This document shows, in pieces, positions 27,678 through 41,592 of a DNA stretch of 64,000 bases (position 1 is the stretch's first letter; the number at the start of each line of letters is the position of its first letter). The position numbers and the translations under genes were made by a program. Location: the NCBI GenBank assembly GCA_049317285.1, contig JBMOIO010000004.1, positions 2,994 to 66,993 on the forward strand, written 5' to 3'. The notes beneath the pieces are model-generated. The model saw only the letters and a list, made by a program, of their open reading frames with translations, did no database searches and was not told the origin of the DNA. This DNA comes from Minisyncoccia bacterium. GTDB lineage: Bacteria; Patescibacteriota; Minisyncoccia; Phycocordibacterales; UBA9973.

Positions 27678-28409
27678 ATGAAATTTCACTTTCTGACCAT
27701 ATTTCCCTCCATTGTTGCAAGCTACTTTACGGAAGCGATGCTCAAACGCGCCAGCGAAAAAAAGCTTGCTTCTTTTGCAGTGCTTAATATTCGCGACTAT
27801 ACGCTCGACCGCCACGGCAAGACCGATGAGCGCCCGTATGGCGGAGGTCCCGGCATGGTGATGACACCCGAGCCTATTTTGCGCGCGTACTCAAAACTGA
27901 AAATGAAGGGTGAAAAGACAAAGGGGAAAGTAAAGGTAGTGATGCTGAGTCCTACCGGCGCGCTGTTTACCAACGCCATGGCAGCAAAGCTTGCAAAGCA
28001 GTACAGCGACATTGTCTTTATCTGCGGGCGCTATGAAGGAGTGGATGACCGCGTGCGAAGCATTTTGAAAGCAGAAGAGGTATCAATAGGCGACTTTGTG
28101 CTGACCGGCGGGGAGCTGCCGGCTTTGGTGATGACTGATGCGATTGTGCGCCAGATACCTGGAGTACTCGGGAAAGGGGAGTCACTTGAAGAATCGCGCG
28201 CGGCCAGCCCGCGCGTCTTTACCCGCCCCGAAGTACTATTGTGGCCCCACTCCGGTAAACCTTCGCGGGGCACGTCCCGAGGTAAGACTTCAGGAGGCAC
28301 GCCCCAGGCTAAGCCTAAGAAATACAAAGTCCCACCGGTCCTTCTCTCTGGAGATCACAAGAAAATAGAAGAGTGGCGCTCTTCACAAAAACTGAGCCAG
28401 CAGAAGTAA
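27678..28409 (+). CDS. trmD: tRNA (guanine37-N1)-methyltransferase with a repeat-derived insertion
   Basis: PYGGGPGMV, CGRYEGVD, SIGDFVLTGGE and VPPVLLSGDH. Confidence 0.95.
   Translation: MKFHFLTIFPSIVASYFTEAMLKRASEKKLASFAVLNIRDYTLDRHGKTDERPYGGGPGMVMTPEPILRAYSKLKMKGEKTKGKVKVVMLSPTGALFTNAMAAKLAKQYSDIVFICGRYEGVDDRVRSILKAEEVSIGDFVLTGGELPALVMTDAIVRQIPGVLGKGESLEESRAASPRVFTRPEVLLWPHSGKPSRGTSRGKTSGGTPQAKPKKYKVPPVLLSGDHKKIEEWRSSQKLSQQK
28244..28316. repeat. Family B palindrome(s) inserted in-frame in trmD
   Basis: GCCCCAC-TCC-GG-TAAA-CC-TTC-GCGGGGC-ACG followed by degenerate units; encodes PHSGKPSRGTSRGKTSGGTPQAKP. Confidence 0.65.
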
Positions 28410-28482
28410 AGGGTTTTTTATAGAGGTTTTTTGATAGAGGGGGTGTATACTGTAATTGTTTAATAAATTAAGACCCAATTTC

Positions 28483-29373
28483 ATGAATCACGAAAAGATT
28501 GACGGACAGGAAGAAGGAAATGAGCTTGAGCTTCAGGCAGTTTCATTACAGGAAACAGAAAGCGCTGCAGATCCTTTTGCGAAAGGACGGGAACGCATAG
28601 CAGCAGTCGGAGATTTTATTGCAAAAACAAAAGAAAAGGCGGGCAATGTAGCATCTCGCGTCAGCGGGGCGCTTTCACGCTTTTGGTCACGAACAAAGTC
28701 TGTTGCAGGCGAGAGTGCTGCAGCGGTGTTGTCAGCGGATGTATTGGCATCCAAGGGCTACGATGCTGTTGCTGAAAAAGCATCAGAGATCGATCATGCT
28801 ATCGGCGAAAAAGTTGAGTCATTTGGCGAAACGGTAGGCTACAAAACCGCTGAAGCGGCGGACTATGTACAAGGAAAGGCGCAAGAAGTAAAAAACACTG
28901 TTACTGATGCATATGACGAAACCCTTCTGTGGGGCAAAGACAAAAAAGATCAGGTAGGAGAGTTTATTACAGACAACTACGACAAAGCGATCAATTTCAA
29001 GAATGAAAAAGTGGAGCAGGTAAAAGAGTTTGCCACTGAAAAAGTTGAGCTCGCAAAGGATGTCGCCTTTTTTGTAAAAGAAAAAACATCTGAAGGTCTC
29101 GATAAGGCGAAAACAGGCATTGAAAACCGCTACAACAAAGTGAAGTCATTTGGGGAGAATGCGATCATGGCGGCAAAAATGGAGGCTTCTCGACTTAAAA
29201 ATGCATACCGCGAGAACATGAACGCGCTTCGCCTGCGCCGATTGCAGGCTGAATACGAGCGCATTGCAGCAAATGAGTCCCAGGCTTCAGCAGTTGCCGA
29301 GAAGTTCAAGCAGCAAAAAGACGCATTGGCGGAGAAACTCGGACTCGTTCAAAGCTTAGAAGCAGTAGCATAA
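28483..29373 (+). CDS. Hypothetical all-helical repeat protein (apolipoprotein/LEA-like)
   Basis: K/E/A-rich amphipathic repeats. Confidence 0.7.
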   Translation: MNHEKIDGQEEGNELELQAVSLQETESAADPFAKGRERIAAVGDFIAKTKEKAGNVASRVSGALSRFWSRTKSVAGESAAAVLSADVLASKGYDAVAEKASEIDHAIGEKVESFGETVGYKTAEAADYVQGKAQEVKNTVTDAYDETLLWGKDKKDQVGEFITDNYDKAINFKNEKVEQVKEFATEKVELAKDVAFFVKEKTSEGLDKAKTGIENRYNKVKSFGENAIMAAKMEASRLKNAYRENMNALRLRRLQAEYERIAANESQASAVAEKFKQQKDALAEKLGLVQSLEAVA

Positions 29374-29384
29374 TTACAATATCT

Positions 29385-29747
29385 ATGGATAAACAAGCAT
29401 ATAATGAAAAAATACAGCAAAGCGGTCTCTCAGCAGAGAGCAATCAGAAGATAGCGGACCTGTTGAACAGTTCGGAGCTGACGTTTGATGTAAAGGAAAT
29501 GATCAAAGACATTATTCAGGCAGATATTGAGTCCGATCCTGTTGCACTGGATGCAGAAGATATTGCCGCTGCACGTGCACTCGACGAAGAGCTCGTAGCC
29601 GGCCTTGCAGCGGTTGAACACGACCTTGCACAAGACATGGCAGTGGTTGAGACTGAGCTTGCCGACCTTGAAGGAATGACAAGCGAGATGGACAAGGCTG
29701 TGGACGAACAAAAGATAGAAGCCCTAAAGGCTGACATACAGTCATAA
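29385..29747 (+). CDS. Hypothetical acidic coiled-coil protein
   Basis: Operonic with the previous gene; terminator AGAAGCAC/GTGCTTCT follows. Confidence 0.7.
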   Translation: MDKQAYNEKIQQSGLSAESNQKIADLLNSSELTFDVKEMIKDIIQADIESDPVALDAEDIAAARALDEELVAGLAAVEHDLAQDMAVVETELADLEGMTSEMDKAVDEQKIEALKADIQS

Positions 29748-29797
29748 AAAAGAAGCACTCAATGGTGCTTCTGATGGATGCTCTGATTTAATTTCTA

Positions 29798-30202
29798 CTA
29801 TATCCAGGCAATTTTTTTCACATTTCCGATAGGGAAGTGAATTCGATACGGCTGAACAAGTGTCATCACATATCTCTTGAAGAGGGTAGATTCATCGTAG
29901 TCATTGTCCGCAAGCTTTTCAAACTCTTTCTTTTCCGAGAATTGGATACTCGTTTTGTCTATGCCATGAGTGTAAAAAAGGTTGATGCCAGCCATGTCGG
30001 TGATAACCAACTCCTTTTCTTCTTGAACGGTTTTTTTAGCTCCGAAGAGTCCTTTTATCCCCCCGACACTTACCCGGTTTCCTTTGGAAAGGTAGGCGAT
30101 AGTGAGGGAGATAACTTTTTTGTTTTGGGCTATTTCCGTAATAGGAAGGACTTCTCCATTGTGGAAAAATTCCGGTATTGGGGCGAAAATGTCTTGTGTC
30201 AT
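29798..30202 (-). CDS. Hypothetical protein (ORFan)
   Basis: 134-aa ORF, AT-rich, with its own promoter-like sequence. Confidence 0.55.
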   Translation of the reverse strand: MTQDIFAPIPEFFHNGEVLPITEIAQNKKVISLTIAYLSKGNRVSVGGIKGLFGAKKTVQEEKELVITDMAGINLFYTHGIDKTSIQFSEKKEFEKLADNDYDESTLFKRYVMTLVQPYRIHFPIGNVKKIAWI

Positions 30203-30306
30203 ATTGCTTCTATATTAGATTTATGAAAGAAATGTGTGTTATTTGTATAATACCATATAATTTATAAAAAGTCAAACTTCACGTCATTTTCCCCATAGAG
30301 AGGGAT

Positions 30307-30334
30307 TTGACAAAAAAACGTTATGGTATATACT
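30307..30334 (+). promoter_or_regulatory. Sigma70 promoter of rpoB
   Basis: TTGACA-N16-TATACT. Confidence 0.65.
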
Positions 30335-30469
30335 CTTTCCACTACTGACTACGGAATGGTTGCGGCTAAAGAGATATTGTAGATTATTAGGTGAGATTAC
30401 ACGTACGCCCTCCGATTCACTAAAAGAATTGGTGCGGCATTTTCGCGTTTTAGTTAAAAATTATACTGC

Positions 30470-33400
30470 ATGAGTAAAACAACACAGGCCGTAGCGGGAG
30501 CACGGCCGAAAAAGTACTTTTCGAAATACAAAGAACCACTCGCACCATTTCCTAACCTGATTCAGCACCAGATTGACTCGTTCAATATGTTGATTGAAAA
30601 AGGGCTTAAGGATGTTTTTAAAGAATTCACCCCGATCCTCGACTACTCTACAAAGAAGTTCCAACTGGACTTCGTCTCATTTCACCTCGTTGAACCAAAG
30701 TTCGACGAACACTATGCTAAAGAAAACAAGCTTTCACTTGAAACACAGCTGAAGGCTCGCGTTCGCCTCACCAACAAACAAACCGGCACCGACAAGGAGC
30801 AGGAAATCTTTATGGCGGACATCCCAGTGATGACCGGTCATGGAACATTCATCATCAACGGTGTTGAACGCTCTATCATTCCCCAGCTCTCCCGCTCGTC
30901 TGGTGTGTTTTTCACCGAGCTTGAAGTAAAAGGCAAGCGCTTTTTCGGTGCAAAGATCATCCCAAACCGCGGTGTATGGATCGAAATCGAATCTGATCCC
31001 GACGGTACTGTGTACGTGCGTATCGACAAGAAGCGCAAGTTCCCGATCATCTCACTCCTTCGAGCAATGGGTCTCACTGAAGACGCTGACATCAAAAAGC
31101 ACTTCAAAAACGAAGCGTCTAAGAAAATGATTGAACACTCAATCGAAAAAGACCCTTCAAAGACGACCGACGAAGCATTGGTTGAAATCTACCGTAAGCT
31201 CCGCGACGGTGACTTGGCTACTGCTGACAACGCACGAGAATTCGTCAACAACCTCTTCTCTGAAGAGCGCTACGACCTTTCTTCTGTGGGTCGCTTCCGC
31301 TTCAACAACCGCTTTGAGCTCGACTCCAGTCCAAAGGAAATGGAGCGCAAGACTCTTTCAGCTTCAGACATCTGCCACATCATCGACAATATCGTAAAGC
31401 TCAACACCACTCCAGGGAGCCATGCAGACGATATCGACGACCTCGCTTCCCGCCGAGTTCGCTTTGTCGGCGAAATGCTTCAGCAAAAAATCTTTGTTGG
31501 TCTCACTCAGATCAAGCGAAACGTGCAGGACCGCATGAGTACTATCGACTCTGCAAATGCGCTTCCAATCCAGGTGGTCAACCAGCGCCCGTTGCAAGCT
31601 CGCATCAAAGAGTTCTTTACGACTAACCAGCTCTCGCAGTTCATGCTTCAGGAAAACGTGCTCTCAGAACTTGAAGAGCTGCGTACCCTCTCTGCGCTTG
31701 GACCCGGCGGTCTCTCACGAGAACGCGCAACCCTTGAAGTACGCGACGTGCACCCTTCTCACTACGGACGTGTGTGTCCTATACACACTCCTGAAGGTCC
31801 AAACATCGGTTTGATCCTTCGCTTGGCTATTTATGCCCGCGTAAACGAATTCGGTATTATCGAAACTCCGTATGTAAAAGTGAAGGACGGAAAGATCACC
31901 GGCGAAATCGCTTACCTCAATGCTGCTGAAGAAGAAAAATGCATCATCGCACACGGCGGAAACAAATACGACGACAAGGGCAACCTTGAAGAGCGCGTTG
32001 AAGCTCGTATTTATCGCAGTCCAGGAATCGTTTCTAAGAAAGAAGTTCACTTCATCGATGTTGCGCCAAACCAAGCATTCTCTCTTGCGACTTCTATGGT
32101 GCCATTCTTGGAACACAACGATGCGAACCGAGCACTCATGGGTTCAAACATGCAAAAGCAGGCGGTTCCATTGATCCGTCCAGAAGCGCCGTTTGTTGCA
32201 ACTGGTGTTGAAGAAAGTGCTGCTCCATACTCAGGCCGTCTCGTTATTGCTGAAGAAGCGGGCGAAGTGGTTGCAGTGGATGCGTCTAAAGTCACTATCC
32301 GCAACGACAAGAACAAAGACCACACCTACAACCTCGTTTCTTTCCAGCGCAACAACAACTTCGGTGCATTCCACCAGCGCCCAGTTGTTTCGCCTGGAGC
32401 GAAAGTAAAGAAGGGCGACCTCTTGGCCGACACTTCTACTACTGACCGCGGACAAATCTCGCTCGGACACAACATGATGGTAGCGTTCATGTCATGGAAC
32501 GGTGCAAACTTTGAAGACGCGATCATCCTCTCAGAGCGACTCGTGAAGGATTCAAAGTTTACCTCTATGTATATCGTTGAATTCGTGTCAGTGGTGCGCG
32601 ATACAAAGCTTGGACCCGAAATCACTACTCGCGATATCCCCAACGTCGGTGAAGGTCGACTCAAAGACCTCGACGAAGACGGTATCATCCGCGTGGGTGC
32701 TGAAGTAAAGGAAGGCGACATTTTGGTAGGGAAAATCACACCAAAAGGCGAGACAGAACTCACTCCTGAAGAGCGTCTCCTTCGCTCTATCTTTGCTGAA
32801 AAGGCACGCGACGTGAAAGACACATCGCTGAAGATGGATCACGGCAAGCGCGGACGCATTATTCGCGTCAAAGTATTCTCACGCGACCAAGGACACACGC
32901 TTGAAAGCGGTGTGATCAAAAAGATTGTTATCGAAGTAGCACAGCTTCGAAACATTTCAGTGGGCGACAAGCTCGCGGGACGACACGGTAACAAGGGTGT
33001 TATTTCTGTCATCCTTCCTGAAGAAGACATGCCTTACACAGCAGACGGCCGACCGGTTGATGTGGTACTTACCCCACTTGGTGTGCCCTCTCGTATGAAC
33101 CTCGGACAAATCTTGGAGCTCCACTTGGGTATGGCAGCTGCTGAACTTGGCTACCAGGCTATCGTCCCTCCATTTGCAGGCGCAACAGACGCTGAAATCA
33201 AAGAAGAACTGGTGAAAGCGGGCCTTCCTTCAAACGGACGCATCCCACTCTTTGACGGACGAACTGGAGATAAATTCGAAAGCGATATCGCTGTCGGATA
33301 CATGTACATCTTGAAACTTCACCACATGGTGGAAGACAAGATTCACATGCGTTCCATCGGGCCGTACTCTCTTATTACGCAGCAGCCACTCGGCGGTAAG

Positions 33401-33685
33401 GCACAAGGAGGAGGTCAGCGCTTTGGTGAAATGGAAGTCTGGGCGCTTGAAGGATACGGTGCATCGCACACGCTTCGAGAAATGCTCACTATCAAGTCTG
33501 ATGATATTCGCGGGAGAGCTGCGACATTCGACTCTATTATCAAGGGCGAAACAATCGGCGAACCAAATGTTCCTGCATCATTCTCTGTGATGTTGAACTA
33601 CCTTCGCGGATTGTCACTGGATGTCGAACTGGTGCAAAGCAAACCTGTTGTGGTCGAAGCCGATGCACAGGAAGTAGAAGCGTAA
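30470..33685 (+). CDS. rpoB: RNA polymerase beta subunit
   Basis: GTFIINGVER, RALMGSNMQ, GDKLAGRHGNKG and GQRFGEME. Confidence 0.99.
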   Translation: MSKTTQAVAGARPKKYFSKYKEPLAPFPNLIQHQIDSFNMLIEKGLKDVFKEFTPILDYSTKKFQLDFVSFHLVEPKFDEHYAKENKLSLETQLKARVRLTNKQTGTDKEQEIFMADIPVMTGHGTFIINGVERSIIPQLSRSSGVFFTELEVKGKRFFGAKIIPNRGVWIEIESDPDGTVYVRIDKKRKFPIISLLRAMGLTEDADIKKHFKNEASKKMIEHSIEKDPSKTTDEALVEIYRKLRDGDLATADNAREFVNNLFSEERYDLSSVGRFRFNNRFELDSSPKEMERKTLSASDICHIIDNIVKLNTTPGSHADDIDDLASRRVRFVGEMLQQKIFVGLTQIKRNVQDRMSTIDSANALPIQVVNQRPLQARIKEFFTTNQLSQFMLQENVLSELEELRTLSALGPGGLSRERATLEVRDVHPSHYGRVCPIHTPEGPNIGLILRLAIYARVNEFGIIETPYVKVKDGKITGEIAYLNAAEEEKCIIAHGGNKYDDKGNLEERVEARIYRSPGIVSKKEVHFIDVAPNQAFSLATSMVPFLEHNDANRALMGSNMQKQAVPLIRPEAPFVATGVEESAAPYSGRLVIAEEAGEVVAVDASKVTIRNDKNKDHTYNLVSFQRNNNFGAFHQRPVVSPGAKVKKGDLLADTSTTDRGQISLGHNMMVAFMSWNGANFEDAIILSERLVKDSKFTSMYIVEFVSVVRDTKLGPEITTRDIPNVGEGRLKDLDEDGIIRVGAEVKEGDILVGKITPKGETELTPEERLLRSIFAEKARDVKDTSLKMDHGKRGRIIRVKVFSRDQGHTLESGVIKKIVIEVAQLRNISVGDKLAGRHGNKGVISVILPEEDMPYTADGRPVDVVLTPLGVPSRMNLGQILELHLGMAAAELGYQAIVPPFAGATDAEIKEELVKAGLPSNGRIPLFDGRTGDKFESDIAVGYMYILKLHHMVEDKIHMRSIGPYSLITQQPLGGKAQGGGQRFGEMEVWALEGYGASHTLREMLTIKSDDIRGRAATFDSIIKGETIGEPNVPASFSVMLNYLRGLSLDVELVQSKPVVVEADAQEVEA

Positions 33686-33704
33686 TACTCACTCACACAC
33701 ATAT

Positions 33705-37331
<3,627 letters not shown>

Positions 37332-37336
37332 AGGTA

Positions 37337-39076
37337 ATGAACAACTCGGTGATCGAACAAATAAAAAGTCGGTTGCCTATTGCAGAAGTTCTCGCGTCTT
37401 ATATCACACTTATTCCGGCTGGAACACAGTTTAAAGCGAAGTGTCCGTTTCATAATGAAAAGACCGCATCGTTTTCAATTTCGCCGGAGCGAGGGCTATA
37501 CTACTGTTTTGGCTGTGGCGCAAAGGGCGATATCGTCAACTTTGTGCAAGAGTTCGAAGGGGTAGACTTCAAAGGGGCACTCAAAATACTCGCCGACAGG
37601 GCGGGTATAGTGCTTTCTGCGTACAGTGGAAAAACGAGTGAAGAAGTTGATGAGACTGACCGTATCTACAAAGCACTTGATGATGCATCATTGCACTATG
37701 AAAAAGAATTGCAGAACAATAAAGAGGCACTTGAATATCTCAAAGCGCGCGGATTGACAGACGAAACCATTTCGAACTTCCGTATTGGCTACGCGCCAAA
37801 TGAGTGGCGGTATTTAAGTGGCACGGCATCAATCGGAGACACTCTCTTCCTTGAGCGCGCAGGCCTCGCGAAAAAAACAGAAAAGCTTGTCCCGCAAAGC
37901 GACGGTTCGAGTCGCGACATGGGAGGCTACTATGACCGCTTTCGCGGGCGCATTATGTTTCCGCTTGCGGACTCGAGTGGGCGCATCGTCGGATTTTCCG
38001 GGCGCATGTTCCCTGATACTCCTGAAGGCCCAAAGTATTTAAATTCGCCTGAAACAGAAGTGTTTCAAAAGTCGCGCATATTGTTTGGCTTTGATAAAGC
38101 AAAGCAAGCAATTAGAAAGCACAACTTTGCGATCATGGTGGAAGGGCAGATGGATCTCGTGCTTTCGCATCAGGCCGGGTTTAAGAATACGGTCGCAACA
38201 AGCGGTACTGCCGTATCAGAGCAATCAGCGACCGATATGGGCGCACAGCTGGTGGTCTTGTCACGACTCACACCAAACTTGTTCTTGGCATTCGACGGAG
38301 ACAGTGCTGGCGAGAAAGCACTCGCACGAGCGGCGCTTGTGGCCCTTACTTTAGGGATGAATCCAAAGGTGGTATCGCTCCTGGGTGGTGTGGACCCGGC
38401 CGATTTTATCCTCAAAGAGGGGACGGAAGCGTGGAAAATGCGATTGAAGGAAAGCGAACACTATATCCTGCACACGCTTCATGCGATACAGCGCTCGATA
38501 CCGTCGGCGCACGGACTCAAACTGTTGATTCGAGAAAAACTCTTTCCGTTTTTGTTGCGGGTTAAGTCCGCAATCGAGCGCCAGAGCTATCTCGATTCTA
38601 TTGCGCGAGAAAGCAGTCTTGGTGTGAGTATCGTGCTCGAAGACTACACTGCATTTGCCAAAGAACAAGCGAGTGTCCAGAGTACTGCACCACAAGCCCT
38701 TCCCAGCACAAAGTCCGCAACGCACATTGAGCGCTTTGTTGCGTTTGCCGAGCTCTATCCCACCGAGTCAAAAGAGAGTCGCGCACTGCTTACTGATTTT
38801 ACATTCAACGAAAGCCGTCTCACCCTTTCTTCTCTTGGCGAGAACAAAGAGAGTATCCTCGCGCTCATAGAAAGCCAGTACCAGTCGTTTTCAAGCGAGG
38901 ACCGGATAGCTGTGGCGCGTGAGCTTGCCGAAACAATCATTCAAGAATTTCTTCAAGAATTGAAGTTTCAATATTCCATGAGCATGGCTGCCGCCAAGCA
39001 AGAAGGGGACGAAGAAAAAGAACTTCACTATCTCGGACTTCTCCAGCAAATTAACCAGCGTCGTCAGGGAGGGTAA
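37337..39076 (+). CDS. dnaG: DNA primase
   Basis: [34 protein letters not shown] and TOPRIM EG..D. Confidence 0.97.
   Translation: MNNSVIEQIKSRLPIAEVLASYITLIPAGTQFKAKCPFHNEKTASFSISPERGLYYCFGCGAKGDIVNFVQEFEGVDFKGALKILADRAGIVLSAYSGKTSEEVDETDRIYKALDDASLHYEKELQNNKEALEYLKARGLTDETISNFRIGYAPNEWRYLSGTASIGDTLFLERAGLAKKTEKLVPQSDGSSRDMGGYYDRFRGRIMFPLADSSGRIVGFSGRMFPDTPEGPKYLNSPETEVFQKSRILFGFDKAKQAIRKHNFAIMVEGQMDLVLSHQAGFKNTVATSGTAVSEQSATDMGAQLVVLSRLTPNLFLAFDGDSAGEKALARAALVALTLGMNPKVVSLLGGVDPADFILKEGTEAWKMRLKESEHYILHTLHAIQRSIPSAHGLKLLIREKLFPFLLRVKSAIERQSYLDSIARESSLGVSIVLEDYTAFAKEQASVQSTAPQALPSTKSATHIERFVAFAELYPTESKESRALLTDFTFNESRLTLSSLGENKESILALIESQYQSFSSEDRIAVARELAETIIQEFLQELKFQYSMSMAAAKQEGDEEKELHYLGLLQQINQRRQGG
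37886..37924. repeat. Family B palindrome inserted in-frame in dnaG (39 bp, 13 codons)
   Basis: CTTG-TCCCGC-AAA-GCGAC-GGTTCGA-GTCGC-GAC-ATGGGA; encodes [13 protein letters not shown] just before GYYDRFR. Confidence 0.7.
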
Positions 39077-39078
39077 GA

Positions 39079-39216
39079 GACGCGTCCCACGCCGTCCTTA
39101 CGGACTATGCGGGACGCGGTACCACGGCTGTCCTTACGGACTATGCGGGACGCGGTACCACGGCTGTCCTTACGGACTATGCGGGACGCGTCCCGCGAAG
39201 CCTCGGCGAAGTGGGA
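39079..39216. repeat. Family B array: three direct 36-bp units plus one inverted palindrome (BIME-like)
   Basis: GTCCTTACGGACTATGCGGGACGCG at 39094, 39130 and 39166 (period 36), then TCCCGC-GAA-GCC-TC-GGC-GAA-GTGGGA. Confidence 0.9.
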
Positions 39217-39261
39217 TTGACTTTTACCCCTATTTCCCTGATGATAGCTATGCACTCATTT

Positions 39262-40656
39262 ATGCCAAATAAGAAACCAGCCCCAAAGGCAAAAGTACAA
39301 CCAAAGAAGGCACTCAAAAAAAGCGCCCCGGCGCCCAAAAATAAGAAGGTAGTAGCGAAGAAACCTACACCAGTCAAAAAAGTCCCCTCCAAGGCAATCG
39401 CAAAAAAAGCAGTAAAGAAACCTGCGAACGTTGCACCAAAGAAAGTAGTAAAGAAAGTAGTACAGAAAACGCCTGTTAAAAAAGTGGCACCAAAGAAAAT
39501 AGAACCAGTTGTAGAACGCGCAAAGCCGCGGCCAATTACTATTCGTCATGCTGGAAGCGCACCTCGTCGCGAAACTAATACTGAAAAGAAATTAAAGGAA
39601 TTGGAAGTGAAGAGCGACGAGCTGATCCAAAAAGGGAAGAAGCGCGGCTTTATCACCTACGACGAGATTTTAAAAACATTCCCCGATATTGAAAACAACA
39701 TTTCATTTTTGGATGAATTGTATGAAAAGTTCTCTGGTGCAGGTATCGATGTTCTCGAAGGGGGAAACCTTCTTGATGTTGACGCGACTGAAGACCTTTC
39801 AAAATACGCAAAGGACTCGCACAGCTTTAGTTCGGTCCAAATGTATCTGAAGGATATCGGTCAGTACCCACTGATCAATGCAGCACAGGAAAAAGAGCTT
39901 GCAAAGCGTATTCAAGCCGGCGACGGCGAAGCAAAGAACTTGCTCGCACGAAGCAACCTTCGCTTGGTGGTAAGTATTGCAAAGAAGTACGCAAACCGTA
40001 CTGCAGACCTTACCCTTTTGGACTTGATCCAAGAAGGAAATATCGGATTGTTTAAGGCAGTAGAGAAGTTTGACCATACGAAAGGCTTCAAGTTCTCAAC
40101 CTATGCAACTTGGTGGATTCGACAGTCTATTACTCGAGCACTTGCGGACCAGTCTCGCACTATCCGTATTCCGGTGCACATGGTGGAAACCATTTCAAAA
40201 TACAAGCAGGTGCTTCGCCGTTTGGCACAAGACCTTGGGCGTGATCCGATGCCTGAAGAAGTAGCGATGGAGATGGGAATCGAAGTTGAGAAAGTGCATG
40301 TCATTGAACAGATCAACCAAGAGACTCGCTCGCTTGAACAGCCGATCGGAGACGACGAAGACAAATCAACCTTCGGTGAATTTATTCCCGACGACAAGAT
40401 TCTTCGTCCCGACCAAGAAGCCTCTCGCCGTATGCTCACCGATGCCATCCGCGCCGTTTTGGAAGACCTCTCTCCAAAGGAGAAACGAATTCTTGAGATG
40501 CGCTATGGGTTGACCGACGGTGTACAGCACACGCTTGAAGAAGTAGGGAAGGAGTTTGGCGTCACCCGCGAACGCATCCGACAGATTGAAGCGAAGGTGC
40601 ACGAAAAGCTTCGCCAAAACGACCGCATTCAGCGGCTGCGCAATTACTTCGACTAG
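39262..40656 (+). CDS. rpoD: Primary sigma factor RpoD with a Lys/Pro/Ala-rich N-terminal extension
   Basis: [33 protein letters not shown] and TRERIRQIE. Confidence 0.97.
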   Translation: MPNKKPAPKAKVQPKKALKKSAPAPKNKKVVAKKPTPVKKVPSKAIAKKAVKKPANVAPKKVVKKVVQKTPVKKVAPKKIEPVVERAKPRPITIRHAGSAPRRETNTEKKLKELEVKSDELIQKGKKRGFITYDEILKTFPDIENNISFLDELYEKFSGAGIDVLEGGNLLDVDATEDLSKYAKDSHSFSSVQMYLKDIGQYPLINAAQEKELAKRIQAGDGEAKNLLARSNLRLVVSIAKKYANRTADLTLLDLIQEGNIGLFKAVEKFDHTKGFKFSTYATWWIRQSITRALADQSRTIRIPVHMVETISKYKQVLRRLAQDLGRDPMPEEVAMEMGIEVEKVHVIEQINQETRSLEQPIGDDEDKSTFGEFIPDDKILRPDQEASRRMLTDAIRAVLEDLSPKEKRILEMRYGLTDGVQHTLEEVGKEFGVTRERIRQIEAKVHEKLRQNDRIQRLRNYFD

Positions 40657-40683
40657 TCTCGCCGTAGCTTTAGCAAAGGCGGA
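40657..40683. repeat. Family B palindrome directly after the rpoD stop
   Basis: TCTCGCC-GTA-GCT-TT-AGC-AAA-GGCGGA. Confidence 0.65.
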
Positions 40684-40694
40684 TTAAGCGCTCA

Positions 40695-40811
40695 AGAAAA
40701 ATAAGTATAGCTCCTTTCGAACGGCACGCATAAATTTCTGCTGAAATTTTGCTCCAACTCGGCTCAGTCAGCCTGCGTTAGACCGTTCTCAAGGACTATA
40801 CTTATTTTTCT
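40695..40811. repeat. Family A structured dispersed repeat, copy 3
   Basis: AGAAAAATAAGTATAG/CTATACTTATTTTTCT closing stem; GAACGG/CCGTTC; AAATTTC-TGCT-GAAATTT; GGCT-CAGTC-AGCC. Confidence 0.9.
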
Positions 40812-40825
40812 CTCGCTTAGTGAAT

Positions 40826-40869
40826 AAGTAATACAAAAAGCCCTAGTAATAGGGCCTTTTGTATTACTT
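40826..40869 (+). terminator. Terminator hairpin
   Basis: AAGTAATACAAAAAGCCCT / AGGGCCTTTTGTATTACTT. Confidence 0.65.
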
Positions 40870-40919
40870 GCTTTTTTGTAAAATCTATGGTATAATTCAC
40901 TTAGACTTAACAACTAAAC

Positions 40920-41216
40920 ATGGACCCAAATAAATCTCTCGAACAACTACTCTCTGCAAAACCGGAAGATATTCTGAAGCAATTGCTTGCTTTTAATCTT
41001 ATGATTCAAAAATCAGGAAACGAGGAAATCATAGCGATATGGCATACATTAAAATCTGCAGAATCTATGGCGAATGCTTCGACAACTGGTTCGGAAAATA
41101 TCCAAGAACTTTTGAAATCTGTAAAATCAAGATTAAAGATTATTCTTGCTGAAGAACATAGTGTATATAGAAAAGAAAAAAAAGAACTTTTCGAATCTAT
41201 TGTAGGAGAATTGTAA
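40920..41216 (+). CDS. Hypothetical protein (AT-rich ORFan)
   Basis: 98-aa helical ORF with TGGTATAAT upstream and a terminator downstream. Confidence 0.6.
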   Translation: MDPNKSLEQLLSAKPEDILKQLLAFNLMIQKSGNEEIIAIWHTLKSAESMANASTTGSENIQELLKSVKSRLKIILAEEHSVYRKEKKELFESIVGEL

Positions 41217-41301
41217 AAAAAAAGCCCGGGCACAGTCTCGGGTTTTTCTTATTGTTGACTTTTGTTTAAAGAAGAGTAGAGTGCTGTGAAATACTGATTC
41301 T

Positions 41302-41560
41302 ATGAAAAAAATCTGCTCAGCTCGTTTCTTGTTTATTTCAGGTTTGGTGTTTCTAGCGTATGCTGTAGCGGCCATATCTCCAATAGCATTTTTTATTGCC
41401 GGAACTTTCCATAGTGTCGCCGGTATACTGACAGTCTACAGCTCGAAGAGTGGAAAGTGGACACGTATTGGGGGAAGCCTGCTTTTTGTCTTTTGGATTA
41501 TGGCATTGATTCCTTCATTTCCTCCTCCGACGGGAAGAAAGGTTATTCCAATGAAAAACC
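41302..41560 (+). CDS. Possible small membrane protein whose frame lacks a stop before the terminator
   Basis: Hydrophobic first ~75 aa. The frame reads through the hairpin at ~41554-41594 into dsbA antisense. Confidence 0.3.
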
Positions 41561-41592
41561 CCATACAGCTTGCTGTATGGGGTTTTATTTTT

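Noticed and set aside
39079-39216. 36-bp periodic repeat as a CRISPR array
   Set aside because: The units are contiguous with no unique spacers, there are no cas genes, and the units match the family B palindrome architecture.
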